DNA from: Balanoglossus misakiensis
Lineage: Eukaryota; Animalia; Hemichordata
Direction: 5' to 3'
DNA: 64,000 bases
NCBI GenBank assembly: GCA_040954595.2
Contig: CM082586.2
Span: 9,889,337 to 9,953,336, forward strand
The notes under the pieces were generated by a model. That model saw only the letters and a list, made by a program, of their open reading frames with translations. It did not search any database and was not told the origin of the DNA. The position numbers and the translations under genes are program-made. The number at the start of each line of letters is the position of its first letter. Within the stretch, counting starts at the first letter, position 1. Positions 53,468 through 64,000 of the stretch are shown in pieces.

Positions 53468-55318
53468 GTAAGTTTTTTTTGAGTGGGGAGGGGATAGGTC
53501 AACAATGGATTTGCATTTCCTGCTTCAAAAGGGCGCTTACAGAAGTTGTAAGTGACAGACTTTACAGTCAGTCACCATGTTAAAACAGAAAATAATTAAA
53601 AGTTATCAGGCACTTTCCATAGTTAGAAATTTAAAAAAATAGCGTCAAGGACACCTGGTGCTCTCTCAGTGTGTAGTGGCTGATGAGCAGCATGTTTGGA
53701 GAACAGTGGTTTGGTATATGGGTGAAAGGAACAATTTGCAAACACCAAGGTGAAATGCTGAACTGTTTTGCTCATGTAATATTGAATGAAGCTTGATAAG
53801 GTGGGTGCTTGGCAGAGGGAAAAACCACTTGTCAATGGCTCTAATAACTGTTTTAAATTTAGTCTTAAAATGGCCCGCACACACAAATGGCCTCACACAA
53901 ATATATTCTGTCATTTCCCTCTCAGATTTTGTATCTTATGTTATACTGATGGAATTCATTGTGTATTGTCGTATCAAATTGCACCAGTGCAAGCTATGAG
54001 AAATGTGTTTTGAAAAAAAAACAGTGCAAGTAGAAGCACTAGTCTAAACGTGAAAGAAATATATTTTGAAAAAAAATATCAGACAGCATTCAAGATCAGC
54101 TTAAGTGTTTTGATAAAAAGTTCTCCATTTTCAAGTATATAGGTAATGTCATGTGCTGACTATAGTAGTGTAGGTGTTAGCAAAAAAATACATGAATTGT
54201 TCAAACAGAAAGTTCAATCATTTAGTTTCCCCAGTTTATGGGAGCATAGCAGTTGTGAACATAGTATATGAAATAATTTTAAAAAGTCATTGCTCTCTGG
54301 TCCATCATTTTCGGTAGAAGTGACCTGATTTCACATCAATAGTTTCCCACCTGTCATTTCCAGCTAATTTCATGTAGAACAAAACTCTTATACAACATAA
54401 TGACATTTCTAGAACTTATTTTTGCTGGTTGGGCCCACAGACTAACACTAGTCGTTCTAAAAAGAAACTTCCATAACAACCTGTACGCTTGACGCGTTCA
54501 AGTCAAGGCACACCTAACCAATTCAAAATATGCAAATTAGAAAAAGACGCATATGCATTATTTGTGTCCCCAGAGACACACACAGGAAATCAAGCGAGTG
54601 CGGCCACTAGCTGGAAGAGCTGAATTCAATGTATTGCCTTACAATGTTCATGATACAGGGGGGGGTGATGATCAATGAACAGAACAGCGGTCCAATTTCA
54701 CGCATTGTAGTGCACTGATCGTGGCAAGTTGATCATGGCAAAACAAATGACGATGTTAGATAGCAGTTCTTCACAAGTTTGACCAATTTGTATGAAAATC
54801 GTCTCGCCAAACACAACTGTTTTCTCGCGGGTAGTGAAAACACTGCTGGCTAATCCGTTCCGATTTCTGTCACTGTTCCAATTCTTCCTCAACACCTCAA
54901 AGCTACACACCACCGCCAAAAACATAAAGCTACACACCCCTACTAGAAAATGGTATGAATTCTTGACGGACGGAAGTAGTTTGACAGACGGAAGTAGTAG
55001 CTCATACCCAACTTGACAGACTCCTCTGTTTACACTTCGGAGCCAAAACAATGAGTTTGTTGTCTTATGCATGATATTTTTGGCTTTCAAACACTACCTT
55101 GTTAAATGTTATTTGGTTACTACATTGTTTGTTTATCAGTATTCAGTACTGGTACAGATAAACATATGATATGACCAAGTTGTATGCCAGATGATATTTA
55201 TTAAGTTTCACACAATTTTGCTCTCTTGTCGTATATTTTCAAATGTCCACTCACAGACAACTGTAATTCACATGTATTCATTCTAATACATTTTATGATA
55301 TTTGTGTTTTCCCTGCAG

Positions 55319-55428
55319 ATGACAATGAGTGCGATCAAGCTGGTTGGTCACCATGCCAACGAGTATGTTACAACACACCAACCAGTTACCAGTGTGGTTG
55401 CAGACCAGGATTCAACATACATGCGTTG
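55319..55428 (+). pseudogene. cbEGF exon 4 (frameshifting deletion near the end)
   Basis: ctgcag/gtgagt boundaries. DDNECDQAGWSPCQRVCYNTPTSYQCGCRPGFN/TCV; 110 bp, not a multiple of 3. Confidence 0.88.
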
Positions 55429-55569
55429 GTGAGTATCTACAATTTGGAGAGAAAGTAAGATGTATGGGTTTGTACTTAGTGTCTTATACATGTATATGTG
55501 ACACTGAAATCATATATTGTACAATCAGTCATTGGTAAATGTCGGCTATTCATGACACAAATCAACATA

Positions 55570-55754
55570 CAGTCAAACCTGTTTGAGTGGCCACCTCTAT
55601 TAGGCAGCCACCTCTATATAGTGGCCACTTTATTCTAGTCCCTGTGCAATTTACATCTACATTAATTGACTTTCTACAAGGTATAATGGCCACTTATCTA
55701 TAAAGGCCAGTTTAGAAAAGTCCCTTCACTAGCCATAATGAGCAGGTTTGACTG
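55570..55754. mobile_element. Tc1/pogo-type MITE (CAGTCAAACC family)
   Basis: TA-CAGTCAAACCTG ... CAGGTTTGACTG. Confidence 0.75.
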
Positions 55755-56212
55755 CTGTTGTGTTGATTTCTGTCTTTTTTACGTGTAACACAATCATGAC
55801 ATTTTTCATAAAGAGGGCAGCCTTCCAAAATAAAGTGTCATCTCAATGCAGACAATGTGAAAAAGGCGGTCAGTAGAGTACTGCTCGAGCTCATCTAGTT
55901 TGTTGTATACATGATACAAGTTGCGTGTAAAACTGACCTTACAATAAAATGTGGCTGTCGAACATAAGTCCCAACTATAGTGTTGATACACAAGACAATC
56001 AAGTTTTTACTTTGTGACCAACTGGCCTCATGTTTGCATCTTGGAAGGGTAACATGACTGCATAGCAATGTTTTATTAAAATTTGGTACATAGAGAAATG
56101 GACTACTGTGACAGTATTGACTCTGGGAACTATGTAGATGATGCCCAGCCTAAAATACTGACTCTCTGCAATTATATTTTTTAGCATTTTTGTTCAATTG
56201 CACTTTCAAGTA

Positions 56213-56382
56213 CAGTCAAACCTGTCTAACACCAAAGGGACTGAAGAAATTGTTCAGATTGCAGGTGTACAATTTAAAGAGGTTCTTTCAACATGTGGTT
56301 CTATGTCAAAAGGTTTGAACAATGTCTTTGAAATAGACAGGTTTCCAGATTAGACAGGGTTCGGTTGAGACAGGTTTTACTG
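56213..56382. mobile_element. Tc1/pogo-type MITE (CAGTCAAACC family)
   Basis: TA-CAGTCAAACCTGTCT ... AGACAGGTTTTACTG-TA. Confidence 0.75.
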
Positions 56383-57496
56383 TATTTTGATACATGCTCT
56401 GGCTTAACCCTTTCACCACTATGGTTCAGTCTAAACCTGTTATTTTCTATGGTAAGGTTGGATCTTTAAAGAGGAAACTGTTTTTTTCTGAGAATCTATT
56501 TATTTCCTCTGTCACAAAAATTGCATGGGAGTTCTAATTCTAAAAGGAAAACTGATTTGATAAAAGATCTCAAAGTCAAGTTTTGGATGTGGCTCCATTT
56601 CAAGTATTGTAGGTGACTAGTTTTTCCGGAGTTCAAGTCTGTATACTTGCAGTAGAGTTTGTCACATGGACTTGGGTAATCTGAGTGAGGTCAGAAATTG
56701 AACTTACACACATTTAGTTGAGTTAAGAACATGTCTGGTGTATTACTGTAATATGACTAGATACTGCAAATGCCTTAACTATAAGTGTATGTTAAAATAC
56801 AGTTTCCATGGACAAATGTGAGTGATGAAATTAAATACACATGTTCATTAAAATCCACCATGATAGAGCGCCCCCACTGTTCAGAATGTCCATTTTGAAG
56901 TCCTACATCTATGACGTCATGCCTAGCTGTCAATGTTAACTGATGTGCACTTGTACTACTAGTAAATGGAAGTACTTTAAAGTAAAGCTCAGATGCAAGG
57001 TTTTGTAAAATAAATATAATATTAAAACGTTGCCATCATTTTAGTCCTTTGGAACAGCTGTCCTATTGACTAATGTGATCACTCTGTGTACGGCATATGG
57101 CATATTAAGCATTTAGTATTTTTCAATCAGAAACCGTTAATCCTGTGATTAATTCTTCTTCTTGCAACATTGATTTTAAATCACCACACATGAATATTTT
57201 TGTCCAAAGGACTGCGATGCCCAAGTTTTTTTATGATAAGATAAACAAACAGTGAAATTCAGTGAAGAAGTGAGCGAGCACTTGCCCATTCATTGTTCAA
57301 TGAAAGGTGACCGCCAAAACAAAAGTATTGAGAAAATAACCCGAAGTTGGAGTTGCTGAGTTTTAAATTGATTTCAATAATCTCCCAAGTGAAAAGCTTG
57401 GCTTGGCTGAAGCTCCTGTAGTCATGTTACATGTAGGTAGATTGACACAGATGACAATGTTTGAATGTTTACACTTTTCTTTGTTTGATCTTTCAG

Positions 57497-57748
57497 AGGA
57501 ATATTCAAGCACTGCAGAAGAATCTAGAGATGGCACAGAAAAAAGAACTTGAATTGAAACAACAGCAAGATCAACATGCCAGACAAAGTCAACTCATAGC
57601 TCTAAGACAACAACATCAACAACAACAGCAATTACAAAGGTTACAACAAGAGAGAGCCCAACAATAACAACAACAACAACAACAAGCAGTGCAAGCACAG
57701 CCATCCAATATACAATCAACAAATCAACAACTAAAACACCTCTTACAA
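57497..57748 (+). pseudogene. MED25: MED25-like Q-rich exon with LxxLL (NR box), premature stop
   Basis: tttcag/gtaagt boundaries, 252 bp, phase 0-0. Ends STNQQLKHLLQ, compared with recalled human ANPQLRSLLL. TAA at 57665. Confidence 0.65.
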
Positions 57749-59313
57749 GTAAGTTGTCATAATAATGTGTACAGTGAATATTTTGAAAACCAAGACTGGT
57801 ACCAGTGGCACTTCTGGGAATTGTTATGTGGGGAAAAATGAAATCAGTTTTCTCAAAAAGGAGCTTTCTTGATGGTACAAATAACATGGTCTGTGCCATT
57901 CCCAAAATGATTTTAATGTATTGAAGACCTGACAGTCACACAGAATAAATTCAATGAACTATTTGCCCAACATGACAACTTTTCCCCACACAGATTTAGA
58001 CGTGGTGGGTATGGCTGATTTGCCTCAAATCGGCCATACGCACCACATCTATTAATATTCATGATTTTACTTTTCATGTTTATGTACACTCTTATAACAA
58101 TAGGAAATCTAGAGAATGGCTATTTCATCAAGTTGACAACCCCCGCATGTGTAAGTCATGTACATAAACAAAAATAGTCTGGTGTGTGGAGCCTCCTCCC
58201 TTTTTACAGGAAGTACTTTCGAAAAATGTTTATGCAATCAGTTCACACTCATGATCAATTTTGTGTCAGAATTATTGTCCAAGTCAGCATGCCATAGATA
58301 TATTGATGAAATAAACATTGGGACCAATAGGATTAAGGGAGGTGTGACTGGTCCAACCTGTTCAGTTTTAGTGTGGGGGGAAAAGCTGGAAGGAAAGCAG
58401 ACCTAAATTACTGACAAAGAAATACAACAAATCTTGTCTCATTCTTATTTTCAATTCCTCTAGTTTTTCCATGGTACCAGTGTGGAAGCACTGATGATAA
58501 CCTCTGACAGACAGTTTTAAATGACGACAATCATCTTACTCTTATGCACATATGCGTTAATTTTGTGTGTACAAAATAACGTCCAATCCAAATATTCTGC
58601 ACAATTTTATGTGCGTGCATTCATATAGTGGACTGCCTTCGCTTCCTTCTATATTTCTTGCATGCCAGATAAGAAGAATTTAGTTTTGTCTCTTCTTTTC
58701 ACTCAATTTGCTGTCTTTTCCTAATCTATGACACAGACTATGGTTGCCGCCACCTTGTCTGTTGTTAAGACAGCACTTGTGGCATAGATAACAATTTTGT
58801 AACTAGAGTCTCTGCTTTGGCAAATGTGTGTTAGATGAACATTACACTTTAACAAAAGTCTGCTTAGAATTTAAATCATATTCTCTTCAAAATGTCTGCA
58901 TCTGAGAACATGGTGAATTAAAGCTGCAAGCAGTGTTCACTGGGCCCAAGCAATTCCCAGGGTTCCTACAGAATGCTAAGGATTATCTGCTGTGGATACC
59001 CAAAATTTTGTCAAAAAGTTTTGATCCTAAACTGATCTATGTCCTACAAAATCTAAACTTCTAGATCTATTGGTTAGCCTAGAATTAGGAGTGTACATAA
59101 TTAATTAGGTCAACAGGGGTCTTGAAACTAACCATCAATTTTAGACACAGCCTAAATCAATTTCCCATTGTACAGTAACTAACTATATGCCGCCCTAAAT
59201 TTCAGTCTGATTGACAAATGTAAAGAAAATTAAAAAGAAGTGTCTCCTGATACATTGCCATTTGCTGTGAAGTGACTTTAAAAGAAAACTGTTTTGTTTG
59301 TATTTAACTGCAG

Positions 59314-59562
59314 CAGCAGCAACAAGCCAGCGGAACAAAAGCAACCATTCCACCACCACAACAACAAACATGGCAACAACAACAACAACAGCAACAGTTA
59401 TCACAACAACAACAACAACAGCTGTAACTAGGACAACAGCCACGGCCGCGACCACAGGTACCTCAGATGGACTTGGCACCCAGCATGCAACAAACACTGC
59501 AACAATCATGTAGTAATCTGCTGGCTGTTGACATGAGTCTTTTTGATATTCCGAATCAATAA
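59314..59562 (+). pseudogene. MED25: MED25-like terminal exon, premature stop
   Basis: ctgcag acceptor, poly-Q with TAA at 59425. Ends SNLLAVDMSLFDIPNQ*, loosely like the recalled human C-terminus SVMEDDILMDLI*. Confidence 0.55.
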
Positions 59563-60051
59563 ATTCTTACAGGAAACTGACTATAATGAACAGGAGACTG
59601 TTCATGCCTTCATTACCGTTGTAACTTCTATATACTAAATGAAACCCAGATGCCCAAAGAAATGTCAGAAAATTCTCAAGGTTTTTTCCAGACAGTCAAG
59701 TATTGGGGATTTGGAATATTTATCACTCTCATTTACTGTATACAGACATATCCATTCCAAAGCTATCACCTCCACTCATTCTTCAGTGTTCCTTGATTTA
59801 AAAAAAAAAAATTAAACAGATCAAATAACACGAAATTGTTATTCCAGTGTAGTAACATAATATACTCGGTCTGTACTAATTCTTGCATTAGCTTTACATT
59901 GTTTCCATCATAATGCCTTATTTCAATATAACCATATTTGTATGCTGGGAGGATGTAACTAGTTGTCAGTGTCTATTGTAATACAAAGTATGCCATACAC
60001 AAAGCAACTGTGCATTGTCTTCTGGTGTGAAAAAATGATACTTAGGATGTA

Positions 60052-60256
60052 TGTAAAATGGGAAATTTTCATGAGAGATAAATTCGCCCGAATCATGCAA
60101 GTGCTAAAAAAACACGAAACTAAAAAGTCGCGTAAACATGTTTTTCAGAAATAATGATGAATTGAAATTCGAGAATGCGAAAATTAATCGTTGCATAACA
60201 GTTGCCACATTTGATATTATGAAAATTTCCCGTTGCGAAAATTTCATGTTTTACAG
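60052..60256. mobile_element. TA-flanked MITE (same family as 37620-37809)
   Basis: TGTAAAATGGGAAATTTTC ... GAAAATTTCATGTTTTACAG-TA. Confidence 0.65.
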
Positions 60257-60630
60257 TATATAGCCATATTTTTTCCACTTCCAAAACTAACATCAAGAGT
60301 GATGCATGCCACTGGCCCAATAAAGCCTGATAGCTCTTGCTGGGAATTGTGATGTAACTACCATCCCCCTTAAAGTCACTGACATAAACTGAACAATGGC
60401 GATTGTGTGTAAGGTTATAGTAAAGGCAAGGCTAATTTAAATTTAAAATGGTACCAATCCTTAATCACACATATGTATCCTTTGACCAATCATTGGAAAA
60501 ACAAAGTCCGTGATTGACTTCAAAGTAATGCTAATTACATCACGATTCCCTGCAAGGGGTATCATGCTTTATTGGGCCAGTGGCATGCATAGTTTTTTGA
60601 AAGCAAAGCAGATAAAATACAGCTATATAC
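60256..60630. mobile_element. Palindromic MITE-like element
   Basis: ATGCATGCCACTGGCCCAATAAAGC (60302) is inverted at ~60566-60590. Outer arms GTATATAGC / GCTATATAC. Confidence 0.7.
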
Positions 60631-62639
60631 TAGACTAATACCTTATTAACTCCTGATCATTGGAGAATGTATCTCTAAAGTTACTCTCTATCGCTCCCTC
60701 AGGGAAGAGAGCAATAGACAGCTCTTTCAGTGTCAGAACTTCCAGTTGTATACCAATCATTTGTATTACCCAATCACAGACTTTGTGTTATTGGTCATTT
60801 ATCTATCCAATTGAAACTCACATGTTCATTGGAGCATTACACCAAAGAAGTCACACTATAACAGTGACAATACAACACTTGCAAAAACATGGATTGCTCA
60901 GGTCAGCCTATCTGGTTCCAGATTATGTGACCCAACTAATGCAGCTATAATGAATGTGTTTGGTTATATACAGAGAATTGTAGGTTGTATGAGACATGTT
61001 AATATTACACTCTAGCATGGGGCAATGTATATTTATCATGTGAAAGCCACGAAGTCACTAGCTCTTGATGTTCATTTTCTATTTTTGTTGTTGAATAATT
61101 TGTTATGAAATTGGATTGAAGCTGAACTCACAGCATATGTGTGGACATAACACGTTTATACGTCCATGTAATAATTTTTGTTAAAGCCAAACAATTAAAT
61201 ATCACCATTATAACAAAATTAACAACAATCTAACCCCGGGGCTGTCACTAATTTGAATGGATACCGATCCAGAGTTAATGTTTCATTGGGAAGTCTAACA
61301 GTGTTTTGAAATGTCACATTGTAATTTGAAAGTTTGGGCTTGGGCAGTGACAATGACATTGTTTGTGTACACAATTTGAAATGGAGCTCTTTGAAAAGAG
61401 AAAAGTGGTGTGTGGAAAAGAATGAAGTCTTTGGGCTTATATCAGGTGCCTTCATTTGACTCTCAAGGAGAGTTTTGTAAAACAATTAACTTGTTGTGTG
61501 TCAGCATTATTGGGAAAGATTAAGCACACACATGTATACAGGTTAGATAAAAATGGAAAATTACCATCAGCCTTTTTTCTTAGCACTCTCACCATTCACC
61601 CCCAGTTCGCTGTGTAGACATCCAACTTTTCCAACAGAAACAATGGATTTGGACCGAACCATTAGTTCATTTGAATACCGGTATGTATGTAATATCTGTA
61701 TTTATAACATACCTCATGCTAACACTGTGTCATGATTCGCCAGAATCCGTCAGGTGATAAGAAAATAGAATCGACTATGAATCCCTTGGGGAAATAGCAG
61801 AAAATATATAAACTGGTCACGTGACCAAAGGGATATAAAAGAATCCCATGCATATACATAGTCAGTTCACCTCTGTAGCCAGACTGGCCATACATATGAA
61901 CTGATGATGTCCCTGTTTTAGGCATATGGCTTGTGAAACTGTTAAACCATTTTGTTGTGTTTTGTGTTTGGTGATCGGCAAAATCCGTGACAAGCATGGT
62001 AGAATCAAACTATTAGATGCATGTTAAGAAATATAGTCAATTATTAGGAAGTGACCATAGTTGCCAAACGATTAAAATCACATTTTTAATAACAATATTC
62101 ACATGTCATTGTTTCTACATTTCTAGAATTTCAGCCATTCATTTTATGTTTGTGTAAAGAATGACACCCTGAGGCTGTTGAATCATGTATAGTGCTGAAG
62201 GGAAGGGGGGACACCACTCCTCAATTTCTTTCATTTTGCAAAAGATGCTAAGTTGGTTTATTTTTTTCCGGATATTGCTTATATTGTAATGAAAGTTTGG
62301 TATGTTATGCAGTTCTTAAGAAGAGCTTTTGACAAACATTTCAGTGTACTTTCAAGACTGCTAGAGTATGTACATAGTGTATGCAGCGTTAGGAAGAAAT
62401 ATCTTTGATATTTTTATTCTAACAATTTTCCTATCAGGATAAACAAGTAGACAGAGATATCATGTTAGGATTTTTGCATACATAAAATAAATATTCTGAT
62501 AAAATGAGTGCTTTTGTCTGTCTCTTTGATTTCAGGTGAGGATCAGCCGCTCCAACAAATGGTCTGCTTACTTCCCTTTTTCATCTGATTAAAATCAAAT
62601 GTAGTGTTAGGCGCTGGTGATGATTTTGGCTATTCTGTT

Positions 62640-64000
62640 CTCAGTTGTTAGCTGGGAACTACTGGTCAGATTGCTTTGAAAAGTGGTATGCATGTTTCTT
62701 ATGCCAAGATCATAGAGCTATATAAGTTCTAAGCTAACATCGTGAATTGTCTACTTTTTATGAATGTTTTGTCTTTTAACACAATGGTAAAATATTTTCT
62801 ATGAAAGTAATTGGCTGATTTCTTTAACATTTAGTATAAATCTTCCTATAGGTGTAATTGTTGCAAAGTTTGCACATTTGTAATTATGAGCCAAATTTTG
62901 CAATTTTTGGTCAAAAATCGTTTTCTCTGAAACCTCGTGCTTGTCAGATTGCTTTGGGAATTGGTAGGCATGTTCTCAGGGTTAAGCAATTGTAAGTTGT
63001 TTGAAAATTTTGTTGAAATTTGCTTATTTGTGTTCTTGAGGTAACTTGTGATTTTCTTGTTGAAACCACTTGTCAGATTGCTTTGAACTTTGGTAAGCAT
63101 GTTCTCATCGAAGTAAGATATTGTATAATTTTGGTGATGTTTGCATTTTTGTGTTTGGCAGTTTTGGGACAGTTTTTTTAAATTAGATCATATCTATTTG
63201 TTTGGTATTAGGTCATTAACAAAAAATTAAGTCATAGAGTTGGTCACACATATTACTTATAGCACAAGTTTGAAAAAAATGACCAGTTTGTGTCGCGTTA
63301 TCTGCTTTCATTGAGGAGTAACAGCGCCCGCAAGTCAAGTGTTTATGTCACATTTGTATTGGTATATTCCAGTGGGACCTTATGAGATCGGTACGTTGCA
63401 TCTGTATGGATGTATGGGAGTATGTCCATCCACATCAAAAACTTGAAGACTGCTACGCGTACAACCTCGATATTTGGTGTGTAGATGCATACCGGGTTGT
63501 AGATGGGAGTTTGTTCAAACGAAGTTGACATTGCCAAAAATATGCAAATTTTCTGGGAAAAACCTTAATTTGGTCAAAACTCAGAAACTCAGCAACCCCT
63601 GGTCATAATGATTCTGTATGTTTTGAGGTAATACTTTGAATTTTCTATTTTTCGCATTTGTTTGTCTTTTTCTACATTTTTGTAAAAAAACTACCTTTCT
63701 GGAATTAATCAGCCCACCTCTTTGAAATTTAGTATGGAGCTTCATATAGGTGATCTGAGTTACTAAAGTTTTGTTTAAATTGCTGCAAAATTTGCGAGCA
63801 ATTTTTACCTTTTTGATCATTTTTTAAATGTAAAACAGCTCATAGATTGCTTTGGAAATTTGCATGTATGTTTGTCAAATCAACTAGAAGAATTTAATAT
63901 TATATTTTTGGGGTGATTTTTGCCATTTTTGGTCAAAACTCTTTCTCAGAACCCTCTACTCCATTGCTTTCAAATTTGATTTAAAGGTTCCTGGGTGCGT
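62640..64000 (-). repeat. Cluster of degenerate repeats related to 48305-49370, opposite orientation
   Basis: Recurrent GATTGCTTTG(G)AA(A/C)TT(T)G, the reverse complement of the CAAATTTCAAAGCAATC core. Confidence 0.55.

Noticed and set aside
58500-58980. Possible decayed minus-strand coding sequence
   Set aside because: Multiple stops and no motif I could recognise.
37931-59427. Three in-frame TAA codons in Gln-rich exons suggesting TAA=Gln recoding
   Set aside because: CAA to TAA is the expected C-to-T decay in CAA-rich exons. The locus also has a TGA stop, frameshifts and lost cysteines, and TAA serves as the terminal stop.
59298-59513. Thr-rich mucin-like ORF (and Val-rich antisense ORFs at 57594 and 59195)
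   Set aside because: These are alternative frames of (CAA)n poly-Gln exons.

Overview
AT-rich, intron-containing animal DNA, probably a marine invertebrate (inferred from the repeat repertoire). It looks like a satellite-flanking, heterochromatin-like region, and I found no intact cellular gene. (1) 1-28214 is one tandem satellite array of ~131-bp monomers. It is organised into variable higher-order repeats (about 16-24 monomers) and has a diverged monomeric rim at its right edge. All ORFs in this array are artefacts. (2) 28.2-64 kb is a graveyard of nested transposons interleaved with decayed + strand exons from at least three sources: an unidentified gene (31.6-32.4 kb), MED25 (VWA exon, SD1-like exons, Q-rich/LxxLL C-terminal exons) and four calcium-binding EGF exons lying where the MED25 ACID-domain exons would be expected. 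(3) The main element is a ~11-kb AcademX-type DNA transposon (41501-52480, 34-bp TIRs). Its ORF runs Zn finger - DDE-like core - XPG nuclease - Cys8/CXC and carries an OTU deubiquitinase-like domain inside the transposase core. It has five nested insertions; three have clean TSDs, and removing two of these rejoins the frame exactly. All family assignments are by eye and from recalled motifs; no searches were run.
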